From assembly GCA_002633005.1 (NCBI GenBank), contig NMRA01000043.1, positions 596,476-660,475 on the forward strand: DNA of 64,000 nt, read 5' to 3'. Both the position numbers and the translations under genes were made by a program. This DNA comes from Phoronis australis. Lineage: Eukaryota > Animalia > Phoronida. Each line of letters begins with the position of its first letter. Within the stretch, counting starts at the first letter, position 1. The notes under the pieces are model-generated. The model had not been told where the DNA came from, ran no database searches, and was given only the letters and a program-made list of their open reading frames with translations. This document shows positions 49,801-61,086 of this stretch, piece by piece.

Positions 49801-52800
49801 GCTAGACGGCAGCATGGTCATAAAATGCTCACTTTCTTCAGCTGAATTTGTGATAAGGACCCATCTTTCATTGGATTTCACTGCAACAGATGCAGAGCTT
49901 GAGGGCTTCGACTTTTGCCCGAAAATGATGGAGTGGAAGAACTCGTTCGGTGAGGACACTGCCACGACGTTCTTGAGGCCTCCACGTGTGAAGAGTTCGC
50001 ACCATCCTTCCTGTGGTAACCAACATGTGTCGACACGTTCGTCTGCGTAAACCCAACACAGTTCAAGAGAGCCAAATATGATTTCAGGTGTAGAAAATCC
50101 TCGAGTTGCTTCGTACATCATCATCCAACCGTCCTCACTTAGTAGATCCGTCATGTTCTTCAGGCCCTCGTTTAAGTGGACTGCTGAGTGCAAGGTGTCC
50201 ATGCAGATGACAATGTCAAAAGTGCCTGGAACAAATCCTTGCTCGGACACGTCTCTTTCGATGTCCAACTGCTTGTATTTAACTTGAGGAAAGTCAGCTA
50301 ATGTCTGCCTTGCATGGGCAAAGAATGTAGTGTTTAGGTCAGTAAATACGTATTCCAGATGACCCGAATTTAGCATTTCGCTGCATGACTTGAGCATATA
50401 CCGAGCTAGCCCTCCCATGCGCCCACCAACTTCAAGGACTCGGACAACGCTTTTGCGTTTCCCAGCTTCCTCGATGGCCCTACACACAATGTCAGCTCCC
50501 GCTTTGTAATAGAGTCTTGTTGTCAGAGAGTCGATGAAGTATGTAGCTAAAGCGTCGGCCGCAAATAGCACAGATAGTGCACCGGAAGGCTCTTTCAGTG
50601 TCTCGCAGAGATTTGAGCCCAGTCTTTGGAACATACTCAGTTCCACCTTCATCTCTGGTAGCTTTTGTTGTAGTTCTGCCATCGTTTTCTCAGCTTCTGC
50701 GAAATCTAGGATATCGGTGCGACCAGCAATCATCTGTTCCAGACGTTTAACGTACTTCTCATTCCGTGGATGTCTGTCTTCAGCTGCGACTTGAGAAAGC
50801 GCGTGGTGGCTGTACGAAATAGCAATTTTGTCCACCGTGATCATGAATGGCTCCACTTTGCTTATTTTTTCCAGTTCATCTGCGTAGTTCTTTGCCAGGT
50901 TTTCCCCACTGAAGATTTCTTCTGCCAGTTTAGTTGGAGGTAAGCATGACTTTCTAGGTTGCCATGCTGTGGTGTACAAGCAGGAATGAGTATCGACGCC
51001 TGATTTCGTGCCGGAAACATTTTGTGCCACAAAGCCAAGCATTTCGACGAGAAGCTCGCCTGTTTCGCTTGCAAGTATGATGTCGGCGTAAACACTATCG
51101 TGTGAGTGATCAGTGACCTTTGCGTAGGCAACTAGTTGTTGTTCACACGGCACGGTGTTAACGCGCATGTTGAACTTGTTGATTTTTACGGGTAGGTAAG
51201 TGGTTGTCCCCAAACCAGCCGCTATCAATGCCACTTGAAAGCAGCCATCTAGCGTAGGTACGTGAATCCTTTCCTCACTTTTGGCACAAGTCAGAAGTGC
51301 AAATGCCTCACCACTAGAAACGTAAACTTCCTTGATGGCTTCAAATGCGGTGCCGTACTCTAGGCCGATGTCTCTAAATGAGTCGTAAATATGCTCTGTC
51401 GTTAATGCAGTGCTGCAGCGTTCTCGGATTTCCTTTATGGGCAGTTGCGTCATGGTAGCTTTCGTGTGCGACAATTTCATTTGTGCATGTTCGCCTTTGT
51501 CAGACGTCATGTGTATCACTGACCCGTCTATGGATGCTTCAAGTTTTGCTGCTGACTTTTCCTCAAGCACAAACACGTGTTTGAGCTGAACATCTTCTAG
51601 CGAAGGAGTGTCGTTGTCTGCACAGTAAGACTGGAGACCGTACTCGATGTAGCCCGCACCTGGGAAGACAATTGATCCATTGACCACGTGGTCAGCGAGG
51701 TATGGAAACATCTCCGTCGATATGACACCGTGCTGTCCCTTGAAGGTGCGGTCAAACAACCCAAGGCGATTCTTTTTCATGTGTTCAGACTCCTCTTGTA
51801 GTGTAACATGATCCCATGAGTATGCCGGTACCGGAGCCCATTGGCAGTTGTTGTTATTGACGTGTGCCCAGTCGATATTCCCTCCGCTTACATAGACATT
51901 GCCCAATGATCGAAGCATCGACAGTCTATCATCTTTTTGGCGCTGGCATGACGTCACCACGATAGGGACAGTTAGCTTTAGGTTCTTCGCTGTCTGCGAA
52001 ACACAGGACATCAACGTCGGAGAAGCGCTGCACTCCAAAAATAAATCGATGTTTTCGTCTTGAAGAATCTTTTGTGTTGCTGATAGAAAGTTGACTGGGT
52101 TACGGATGTTGTCCCACCAATATTGCACGTCGAGATGACTTTGAATGCGCTCTCCTGTCACAGTGGAATAGAATGCAGGGAACTGAGAGTTGAGTGGGTG
52201 AATATCCGTGCTTTCAAGAAACTGATCTTTCATTGGTTCCATGTGTGGCGTATGAAATGCACACTTCACTCTCAAACGTTTGGCCTGAGTAGGATATTGT
52301 TCGGCCAGTGATTGGATGATATCTTCGTCTCCAGCGAGTGTGACCGATCCAGGAGCGTTGATGCAGGCCACATGCAGATCACTGTGCGACTTGCATAGTT
52401 TGGTAGCATCATCTACTGAAGCTCGGTAGGCTGCCATGGCACCTTTGCCTACGAAGTGCGCTTGCAATCTGCTGCGGTGGTAGATGACTGCCACAGCGTC
52501 TTCCAAAGTGAGAAATCCCCCGGCGAACGCAGCAGCAACCTCACCTAGACTGTGTCCGATGATTACGTCAGGCTCGACTCCCCAGTGTTTCCACAGACTG
52601 TAGAGACCAATTTGCATGAACAAAATTGCCGGTTGGGATATTTCTACTTGATTGATGATGGTCTCGGATGCAGTCAGGCCGTTAGAGGCGTTTTTGAAGA
52701 CTCCGTGCTTTTCTAACAAGGAGAATCCACTCAGTGTTGAGAAGGCATTGTCGCATTTTTGAATAACATCTCTAAATACCTGCTCTGTTTTGAAGAGTTG

Positions 52801-55800
52801 TCTCCCCATGTCGTTCCACTGTTGTCCCTGCCCTGGGAATACCATGCAGATTCTGGGCTTGCCTTGTTCATTCACAGTGCCGCAAATGACATCAGGCGAA
52901 GAGCTCTTGGTTGTTGCGAAGTTTGACGTCAACTCTTTGAACTGCAGGCCTGAGGCGGCAACAAACGCTACCCTCTTCGCGAAGTGATTGCGGCGCGACG
53001 ATGTGTACCCAATCACGCCCTGTGCATCGGTTGTGCTCGTCACATCTGACCACTTGCCCACAAGACCATCCAGTGAGCTGCTTGATTTCGCTGATAGAGG
53101 AACAACTGCTGGAATACCCTTAACATCACTTGACCCGAATTTCCAACCATACCCCACTGACAGAAACTGCTGTCGCGTCGGCGTCTCTTCAAAAATCATG
53201 TGAGCGAGTGCTCCTCCAAATCCGAAAGAATTGACGCCAATGACTCCAGTCTTGTTTTCTGGTATTTTTTCTATGCTTTGCTGCACGGTCAGTTGGAGGT
53301 CATCTAAGTCAATGTGCGGGTTGACTTTACTGAAGTTACCACTTGGGCAAATAGTGCGATTTTCAAGCATCAAGGACGTCTTTATTATTCCAACAATGCC
53401 CGCGGCACATTCAAGATGGCCGAAGTTGCCCTTGGCTGAACCAATTCTCAGTGGAGTGTTATGGTGACCTTTGAAAACTGCGCTGATTGCTTTGGCTTCG
53501 ATTGGATCGCCTACCGGTGTTCCTGTTCCATGAGCCTCAACGTAGTCAACCTCAGACAGTGGAATGCCAAATTTAGCGTAAGCTGATCTCATGAGTTCTT
53601 CCTGAGCAGACGCTGAAGGCATTGTAATGCTTTGGCTGTTGCCGTTGTCCCCCACTACTGAGCCAGTGATGACACAGTACACGTGGTCATTGTCGCGAAC
53701 TGCGTTTTGCAGTGGCTTCAGGATGACAGTGCCGAAACCCTCACCTCTGACGTAACCTTTCGCTGACTCGTCAAATGGGCAACTGCGACCTTCGGGTGAG
53801 AGGACACCGAGTTGGCTGAAACCAACTGTAGTTTCGGGAAGAAGCAACACGTTACTACCGGCGGTGATGGCGATGTCGCACTCGTCGTTCCACAGAGCTC
53901 TACACGCCAAATGTGTTGACGTCATAGACGAGGCACAAGCTGTGTCTACCGCCATACTTGGGCCTCGAAGGTTGAACACGTACGATAACCTGTTAGCAGC
54001 AACGCTGTGGGCGACACCTGTGTGAATGTATGCGTTCATCATGTGTTTGTCTGGTACCAGTTGGAGTGGGTAGTCCATCATTCCAATTCCGACGTACACG
54101 CCACAGCGATCCTGGAGTTTCTCCGGAACAATACCTGCGTCGACAAACGCTTCGTACGTCACCTCTAGCAGGTGGCGCTGTTGTGGGTCCATCATGGCTG
54201 CCTCTCTTGGTGATATCTTAAAGAAAGAGTTGTCAAAGCCGTACATGTCAGATATGAAGGCAGATCGTGTATTGACGTGCGTTCCAGATTTGTTGTCCTT
54301 GCTGTGGTAGGCATCCAGTGACCACCTGTCTTTGGGAACCTGTGAAATGGTGTCTCGTCCACTGGAAACCACGTCCCAGAAGTCTGAAGTATTGTTAACA
54401 TCTCCAGGTAATCTACAACCTGCAATGATATTTGTAAAGTTTCGATATGCGGCATTAGTTCGGGCATTTTTCATGGCACAGTCCTAGTTGCTATCCAAAG
54501 CTCTCAATGCTTCAATTACTTATATTATTACCATTTTCTAAGGCTCTGTGGTCGTCCTCCTGCTTTGCTCTTAGAGGACTGGCACGTGTAACCATCTTGC
54601 TGCTCAGTAAACGTTCTAGTCTCAGGTATCACGTGATCTTGCGCACGGGCTGCTTGACTACATGACCACAGAAGCTTAGTTATTCTGGACAAAACTGTAA
54701 TTCATCAAGCAAGTCTTCATTTGTGAATCAAAGTAATGTGGTTGTAATAAAACCTGACCTACCTATACCAACAACGGCGATGGGAAAGTTGCGCACTGCA
54801 ACGCGTTCGTGACCGGGTTGTTGAGCGCAAGACGTCGTGTTGTGACGGCAGTCAACCTGTGCAAAACAGTACAAGATCAAAACTAAAAAAATGTCATTTC
54901 AAGTGAGCAAGGTTTACAAATGAGATGCTGAGTGCAAATGCATGTGTACGTACCACAGGAACAGGTTGCATCAAATTTTAGAGATCCTCCAATGGAGACA
55001 TTTGTTTGTGGCATGACGGCAGAAGCATAAAAGTTCTTCAACGTTGCAAACTGTAGTAGTGTGATCTTATTGTTTTATACGCTGGTTCCCTAAGTGCCTA
55101 GCCAGCACGCAAGTAGCACGCAGTGGCACGCGCTTTAGCATTGGTTGATGTAACCTCAGCAGCCATTGGTTAGCTTACAACATCGTGAAAAAAGGCGGAC
55201 TGTGAACGATTTTTAGCCTCATCATGTAAGTGGTGTCGCAGCAACTATTTCGTTTCTGCAGTGATGTTTAATAGCCGCGTGCTTAAAGCACATACATGTA
55301 CAATAAACACATATCTGGCCTCATTAACCGGTGTGTTATTCCTACTGTATGAATACAGGACAGTAACGGTAAACAAAAGTCATCCACAGTAAAAAGATGT
55401 ACTCCGAAAATGCGCAACCACAATTTGTAGGATTCACATTTCCTGAACATAAATTTTAAGCACCGATCTGTCTGTACAACGGACCACATTTACACGTAAG
55501 TCCATCAGTCATGCCAGTTTGTTTGCTTAAAGCGCTGCCTGTTGAGAATTTGACTAGCCAATCCGAAACGCCGGTGTAAAAAGATTTCCCGAGGAAAATT
55601 AGTGATATATGCGTGCTGGCTACTAACCACCTAGCGGCACGCAGGGAACCAGCAAGATTGTTTTACAGCGTGGTCTGTCTAACAAAAATGTAACGCGTAA
55701 ATCTTAGGTAGATATAGGGTGACAATTGCCACTCCCACGGACACGACAAGAAAGAAAAGCACACTCGTCCTTTTGACGGATAGCCATGTATAGTTTATGC

Positions 55801-58800
55801 TACCGCTACGCGACGAGTTTCCTTCAAAAAGTGTGGTTGTTCCCTACGTTGTCGTAGTCAAATGGATCGGCCTTTCTGCAACACTCGCTGGTCCCTTACG
55901 TGCCTAGCCAGCACGCACGTATCACGCAGAGGCACGCGCTTTAGTATTGGCTGAGTTAACCTCAGCAGTATGTCATTGGTTACACCGTGAAAAATAGTGG
56001 ACTGTGAACGATTTTTAGCCTTGTCATCCAAGTGGCGCCGCAGCAACTATTTCGTTTCTGCAGTGAGCCACGTGCTTGAAGCAAATACATGTACAATATA
56101 CACATCTGGCCGATTTACCCGGTACGTGTGTTATTCACACTGTATGAATACAAGACACTGTCATAAACAAAAGTCATCGAGAGTAGAAAGATGCATTCCG
56201 AAAAGGCGCATCCACAATTTTCAAGTGAGGATTCACATTTCCTGAACATAAATTTTAAGCACCGATTTGTCTGTACAACAAACCTCATTTACACTTCAGT
56301 CTATCCGTCATGCCAACATAGACTGTAGAGTATCTGTGGTGCCAGTTTGTTTGCGTAAAGCGCTGCCTGTTGAGAATTCGACTAGCCAATCAGAAACGCC
56401 GGTGTAAAATAATATTCGGAGGAAAATTAAGTGATACCTGTGCTGGCTACTCTCTGGTTCCATGTGTGCTGCTGAGGTGGTCGGTAGCCAGCACGCAGGT
56501 ATCACTTAATTTTCCTCGGGAAATTCTTTACACCGGCGTTAAACAAACTAGCATGACTGATGGACTGAAGTGTAAATGTGGTCTGTTGGGCAGACAAATC
56601 GGCGCTTAAAATTAATGTTCAGGAAATGTGAGTCCTAGAAATTGTGGTTGCGCCTTTTCGGAGTGCTTCTCTCTGCTGTCGATGACTTTTGCTTACCATA
56701 GTGCCCTGTATTCATACACTATGAATAACACACCGTTGAATCGGCCAGATATGTGTTTACTGTACACGTATGTGCTTCAAGCACGCGGCTATTAAACATC
56801 ACTGCAGAAACGAAATAGTTGCTGCGACGCCACTTGCATGACAAGGCTAAAAATCGTTCACAGTCCGCCATTTTTTCACGGTGTTGTAAAGCTAACCAAT
56901 GGCTGCTGAGGTTACATCAACCAATGCACGTGCCACTGCGTGATACTTGCGTGTTGGCTAATATGAGGAACGTATGGAACCAGTGAGTGCTGGCTACCGA
57001 CCACCTAGCGACACGCAGGGAACCAGCGAGTCTGCAGCACAGCGCATCGTCCAATCAGAACGTGTGCAGTATTCACTGGGGTGCAACAATAACTAATATA
57101 TATGTCGCTACCCGTCCGATCTCGGAAAGGTCCATAGCATTATAATTTCTATGGTCCATAGCGTTTAGCTTGCAGCTGTGTTCAGTTGCAAAAACAGATG
57201 CTGACAGCGCCGTCTATGGACGAAATCCCTAAAACAGGGTTTTCTCTTAAACTGTGCATGTAATTTCAGGGGAATATCTGTAAGCAAGCAGCTCCATGAC
57301 GGTCGACAGCTTATCAACGGACTTACCTGTTCTTCATTCTTTTTTCGTGACAAACCAGTGAACTTATCTTCTAGTTCAAATGGAAGATGTTTCGGAGGAG
57401 GCGAATGTTGTCTTGATTCTTTATCTACAAATACAGTTTACCAAGGATTACAACAAGTAGAAAAGACAAATGAATGTAAAGACCGAACACCAGGGTCGGA
57501 TCCAGGATTTTGAGTTGGGCGTGGGGGGGCAGGACAGAGTATTAGCCAGGATTTTGCCAGTTAGACATTCGCAACCTCGAACCGCCAAATGTAATCTGGG
57601 AGAATTTTAGGGGGGGGGGCATGGCCCCCTCTAAATCCGCCACTGAACACTACTAGATACTGACTACCTTTATGACTTTGGACAAACAATTAGAATATTA
57701 ATTTATGGCTCAACCTCGTGCAATGACGTTTGCCTTCTTTCATCCTGATTGGTGCTGGATGTAAAAGTAACTATGCCCTACTTCAGTTGAAAGCACATCA
57801 GCCAAATTCGAAACTATGAGGAACAGTCGCGTGGTAGTACTTTAGTCAACAACCAGATAACATGCTTTCACGTGCTTTCTGGGCTTAACGCTTCTTATTG
57901 TACATGATGTGATGTTTCGTGATAAATATTAAACATAATGATAAACATATGTCTTATTCAATGCTAAATTCAACCTCAAGAATTTTCGACAACCAATTGC
58001 CTGTTGTCTTCATAACCTCAATAACATGAACGGATACGAGGGTGGTTCCAAGACCAGCCCTTTGCCGCAACAGCCCGACTACCAACAACCTGACACACAA
58101 CGCGCACTGACGCCAGATTACCTCATTTACAAACACGACAGTGTTGTCGCTAGCAACGCCAGCAATGTGAACAGTTACAAATGTCACTTCTAGTAACAAA
58201 ACTGATGGCGTTTTCGCAAGCCACTTTTGTAGCCAGATCGTTTTGGATATACACGAGAAGGGGTAAAGGCCTGGCCAGCACGCGCACGTGCGATGCGAGT
58301 GACTCGATTTTATTCACGTGTATTTGGAACAACTGGATTTCTATTGCAGTGTCCACACTGCAAGCGAGCAACGGGTGCGATGACAGCGACGTATGTGAAG
58401 TTCTTGTACAACAAGTCACGTATCGATCATAAAGAATGCTGAAAGATAGGGTAGCGGATTGTTCATGGAATGAACATCACAAGTATGAGGCAATATGGAT
58501 TCGAACTTCAAGTTTGCATACGTAATCGTTTGCATGACGAAACTGCCTTGTGCAGTATTTTGGACATTTTTCATTGATGGGATGTATGCGCACACCCGGG
58601 GGGTGAGGGCTCGACCGAGCCGCCCCCCCCCGGCTCCCCCCCCATTTGGCGAAGTGGGCAAAAAAGTCCGCCTCAGAGAAACTAAAACTCCGAAAAAAGT
58701 AGAAAACGAGACAAAAATCCATCAAAAGGCAGGAACATCCTGAATTCGGCGAATGCACAACTCATAGCTGTGAATGTACCACGTTTTTTTCTTTTTTTTG

Positions 58801-61086
58801 TAAATGTTCCACATTCTCACATTTGAGCCCCCCATTTTAGGCTGGGTGCGCGCATGAGATACAATCAACAACGTCTAAGACCAATAATTCGTCGTCTGTA
58901 CATGAAATACAGCAACAATGTTTTTATTCCGTTGACCATTGTTTACTTTGTGAGCTAAAACTTTCGCGTCTATTGTGGCCCCCACATTGCAACGCGAATT
59001 CCGCTCACTCTCGTGCATCCTGGTGCCTAAGGTTATGGAGGACAATATCGTCAAACCTGTACATTTAGCCAAATATCAACAAATCTATACGTTTTATTCA
59101 GCAAAAGTATATATTTATGAAGTAGAAATTACGTAAAATGTGAACAATCTGCCACTATTTAAATTACTCAACCTTCCTTCTTAGGAAAATTTACCAAAAA
59201 ATAAAGCAACATAATCAGTAACATTAGTAGTAGTAGTAATACACTTTATTCACGTTAAGACAAAAATACACTTGATACAGATTTACGCTTATGGAGACTC
59301 CGTGAAGTACCCGAAGGGTCCGCTGACCACGAAGCCACCAGAGAATAAAAGCATACAGTGTAACAGACAATCAGAATTACAAAGATTAGGTGATTATGTA
59401 ATTTAAAACGACTTGTGAAAAGACCAGGAGAGATTATCGAAGATAGTTACACACAAAGCAGTTCGGAATAGTGAACTCAAGTTCATAACTTTCAAATAAA
59501 AATTTTAAAATAATTTATAACAGGGGATACCGAATGGGTAAACAGTTTTTGGGAGACACTTTCAGGAAGGTTATTAATGATATGAGGTAGGGCATTGCGA
59601 ACTGAATCTTCAGCAAATGATTTAGTACAACCAGGAGTTTGTAGAAGATGTCGTTGCCTAGTGTAATGTTCATGAACAGACCCACGGGTTATTAAATTGA
59701 ACGTGTTGAAAAATGAAAGTAAGTAATTATGAACATATTTGTAGAAAAATTTAATAATAGCAACAACACACAAGTCCTTTATTTTGAGTAACTGTGTAGT
59801 CTTAAATAAAGGATCTGTATGGGAATTAAAATAAGTAGAAGTAATATTGCGAATAACCTTTTTCTGTAATTTGAATATTCCATTATGTTCACACCCCCAC
59901 AGCAGAATGCCATAATTCAAATGAAGAAGGACAAGACCATTATATACAGTTTTCAAAGTTTCAAAAGGCAAGAAATGTTTTAGGTTATTAAGAACACCTC
60001 AGAATCAGTTTATCTTTCTCAGCAAATTGTTTATGTGTGGACTCCATAACAAGTTTTTGTTGATGGTAACACTAAGTAAATTGAAAGAACGAACTCTTTC
60101 AATTTTCAAGTTATTAAACTTTAAATAAAAATCATCAATACATTTTGGGGGTTTATGAAAAAACATAAATTTTGTTTTAGTTGCATTTAAAATCAGTCCA
60201 TTTACATTTAACCAAGACTGAATTTTCTCCAGCTCCGCACAAAACATATGTGACTCATTAACAGACAACGTGCTATGAATACCATTAATAATAATAGTAT
60301 CATCAGCATAAAGTATGCAGTCAAAGAAATTGTGCACTTCACAAAATCATTCATATAAATGATAACTGACCCAATACAGCTTCCTTGATAAAAACAACAG
60401 GATCAGTAACATTACTAAATTTTAAATTTCGCATAAATAATTGAAATAGAATCTCAAAAACGATGTTACAGTTTTCTAAATTATTGTTTCGTTTTCGTTT
60501 TATGCGACTTCATTTTTTTCAAAAAATCACAGAAGTCCTATTTTCGATAGCTCCTCATGCAAAAGTGGAACAGTTTAAAAACCATCGCTAACAACATTTT
60601 AGAAAACAATGTATAAAGCATAGTATCTGAAAGTTACATGTGAAGCCATTTCTGAGATGTGATGTTCTGAAGTAAATTGGCCTAGGGTTCTACAAAACAT
60701 TAAGAGGCCTATATTTATCATCGCATTTATCAACTTAGACCTGTTTCATTATGCGTTTTGCTTAAAAGAGATTCGGCTGGTGAGGAATCAAACTGTTGGT
60801 GAAAATGATCCCTTTGCAGACAGCTCATATGTCGGGCCAAAACGCTAGCGTTTAACCAAACTGCTAGTTTTCACAATTTCAGTGAAGCTAGTACAAAATG
60901 CCTCGGGTAATTGTGACGAAACAAATCTGGTGTCTATAACTGAAATCGTTGCAAAAATATACGCGTATGTCCAAAAATTATACGATACAAATTAATCAAG
61001 TTGTGTTTCTAATGCCTAGAGTGAGGATTAGTCTTACCTTGTGATGCAACTGTGGCTCCGTCGTGTTCGGGTGCTGGTGATGGCAT
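46552..61086 (-). CDS. Iterative type I highly reducing polyketide synthase (KS-AT-DH-cMT-ER-KR-ACP, no TE), SpPks1-like, ~2450 aa
   Basis: Exons (minus strand): 61086-61038, 57424-57327, 54856-54763, 54419-47650, 47362-47281, 46814-46552; all phase-compatible, 7356 nt. Motifs: PIAVVGIGCRLPG, DPQQR, DTACASS, EAHGTGT, KGNFGHLE, NSFGFGG (KS); FPGQG, GHSLG, CAFH (AT); HVVNGSIVFPGAGY, LDGCFQ (DH); LEVGGRMGG, DTLHS (MT); HSACGGVG (ER); TGGLGGIG, YCAAN (KR); YGVDSL (ACP). The two most upstream exons are inferred from splice signals and phase only. Confidence 0.9.
47281..47362 (-). CDS. PKS small exon (EWESTAQFCHRNMMKIRHLL...), KR-ACP linker
   Basis: ttttgcag/gtaagt, phase 0-1; dW...f..l linker pattern. 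Confidence 0.85.
47650..54419 (-). CDS. PKS main exon (6770 bp; KS through KR)
   Basis: 2284-aa ORF in the track; acceptor cattgcag at 54421-54420, donor gtacgt at 47649. Confidence 0.97.
54763..54856 (-). CDS. PKS exon supplying KS start (...RNFPIAVVGI)
   Basis: ttttgcacag/gtaggt; completes PIAVVGIG-CRLPG. Confidence 0.88.
55078..55656 (+). mobile_element. MITE family B copy 1, 9-bp TSD attgtttta (Mutator-like)
   Basis: TACGCTGGTTCCCT...AGGGAACCAGCAAG; attgtttta at 55069-55077 and 55657-55665. Confidence 0.82.
55884..57030 (+). mobile_element. MITE family B copy 2 containing nested inverted copy 3 (56450-56987)
   Basis: CTCGCTGG...CCAGCGAG, TSD tctgca(a/g)ca; nested copy flanked by tgctggcta duplication. 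Confidence 0.82.
57327..57424 (-). CDS. Putative upstream PKS exon (DKESRQHSPPPKHLPFELEDKFTGLSRKKNEEQ)
   Basis: tttgtag/gtaagt, open frame, phase 1-0 fits both neighbours. Confidence 0.55.
57491..57645. mobile_element. Short hAT-like MITE, 5-bp TSD aacac
   Basis: CAGGGTCGGATCCAG...CTAAATCCGCCACTG; a related terminus begins at 63971. Confidence 0.7.
58585..58856. mobile_element. Short MITE (atgcgcacaccc...gggtgcgcgcatg)
   Basis: TIR; related sequence embedded at ~18067-18270 inside family A copy 1. Confidence 0.6.
59227..60401 (-). mobile_element. 5'-truncated LINE (CR1/L2-group) reverse-transcriptase remnant with 13-bp TSD
   Basis: QGSCIG, YADD, LNATKTKFM, HLNYGILLWG, SHTDPLFK motifs with frameshifts; AATAAA then (TAC)n tail; atcagtaacatta at 59214-59226 and 60402-60414. 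Confidence 0.88.
61038..61086 (-). CDS. Putative first coding exon of PKS (MPSPAPEHDGATVASQ)
   Basis: ATG preceded by in-frame TAA, donor gtaaga, acceptor ttttag at 61138; phase 1 matches next exon. Confidence 0.5.

Noticed and set aside
47655-54221. Many + strand ORFs overlapping the PKS
   Set aside because: Antisense shadows of a GC-richer coding exon; no recognisable domains
47650-54419. Fatty acid synthase or bacterial contaminant
   Set aside because: No TE, fungal/SpPks1-like motifs, spliceosomal introns and continuity with host RB1 and host repeats
54420-54474. ORF-track start MKNARTNAAY... of the PKS
   Set aside because: Lies upstream of a clear acceptor; the conserved PIAVVGIG start is on exon 54856-54763
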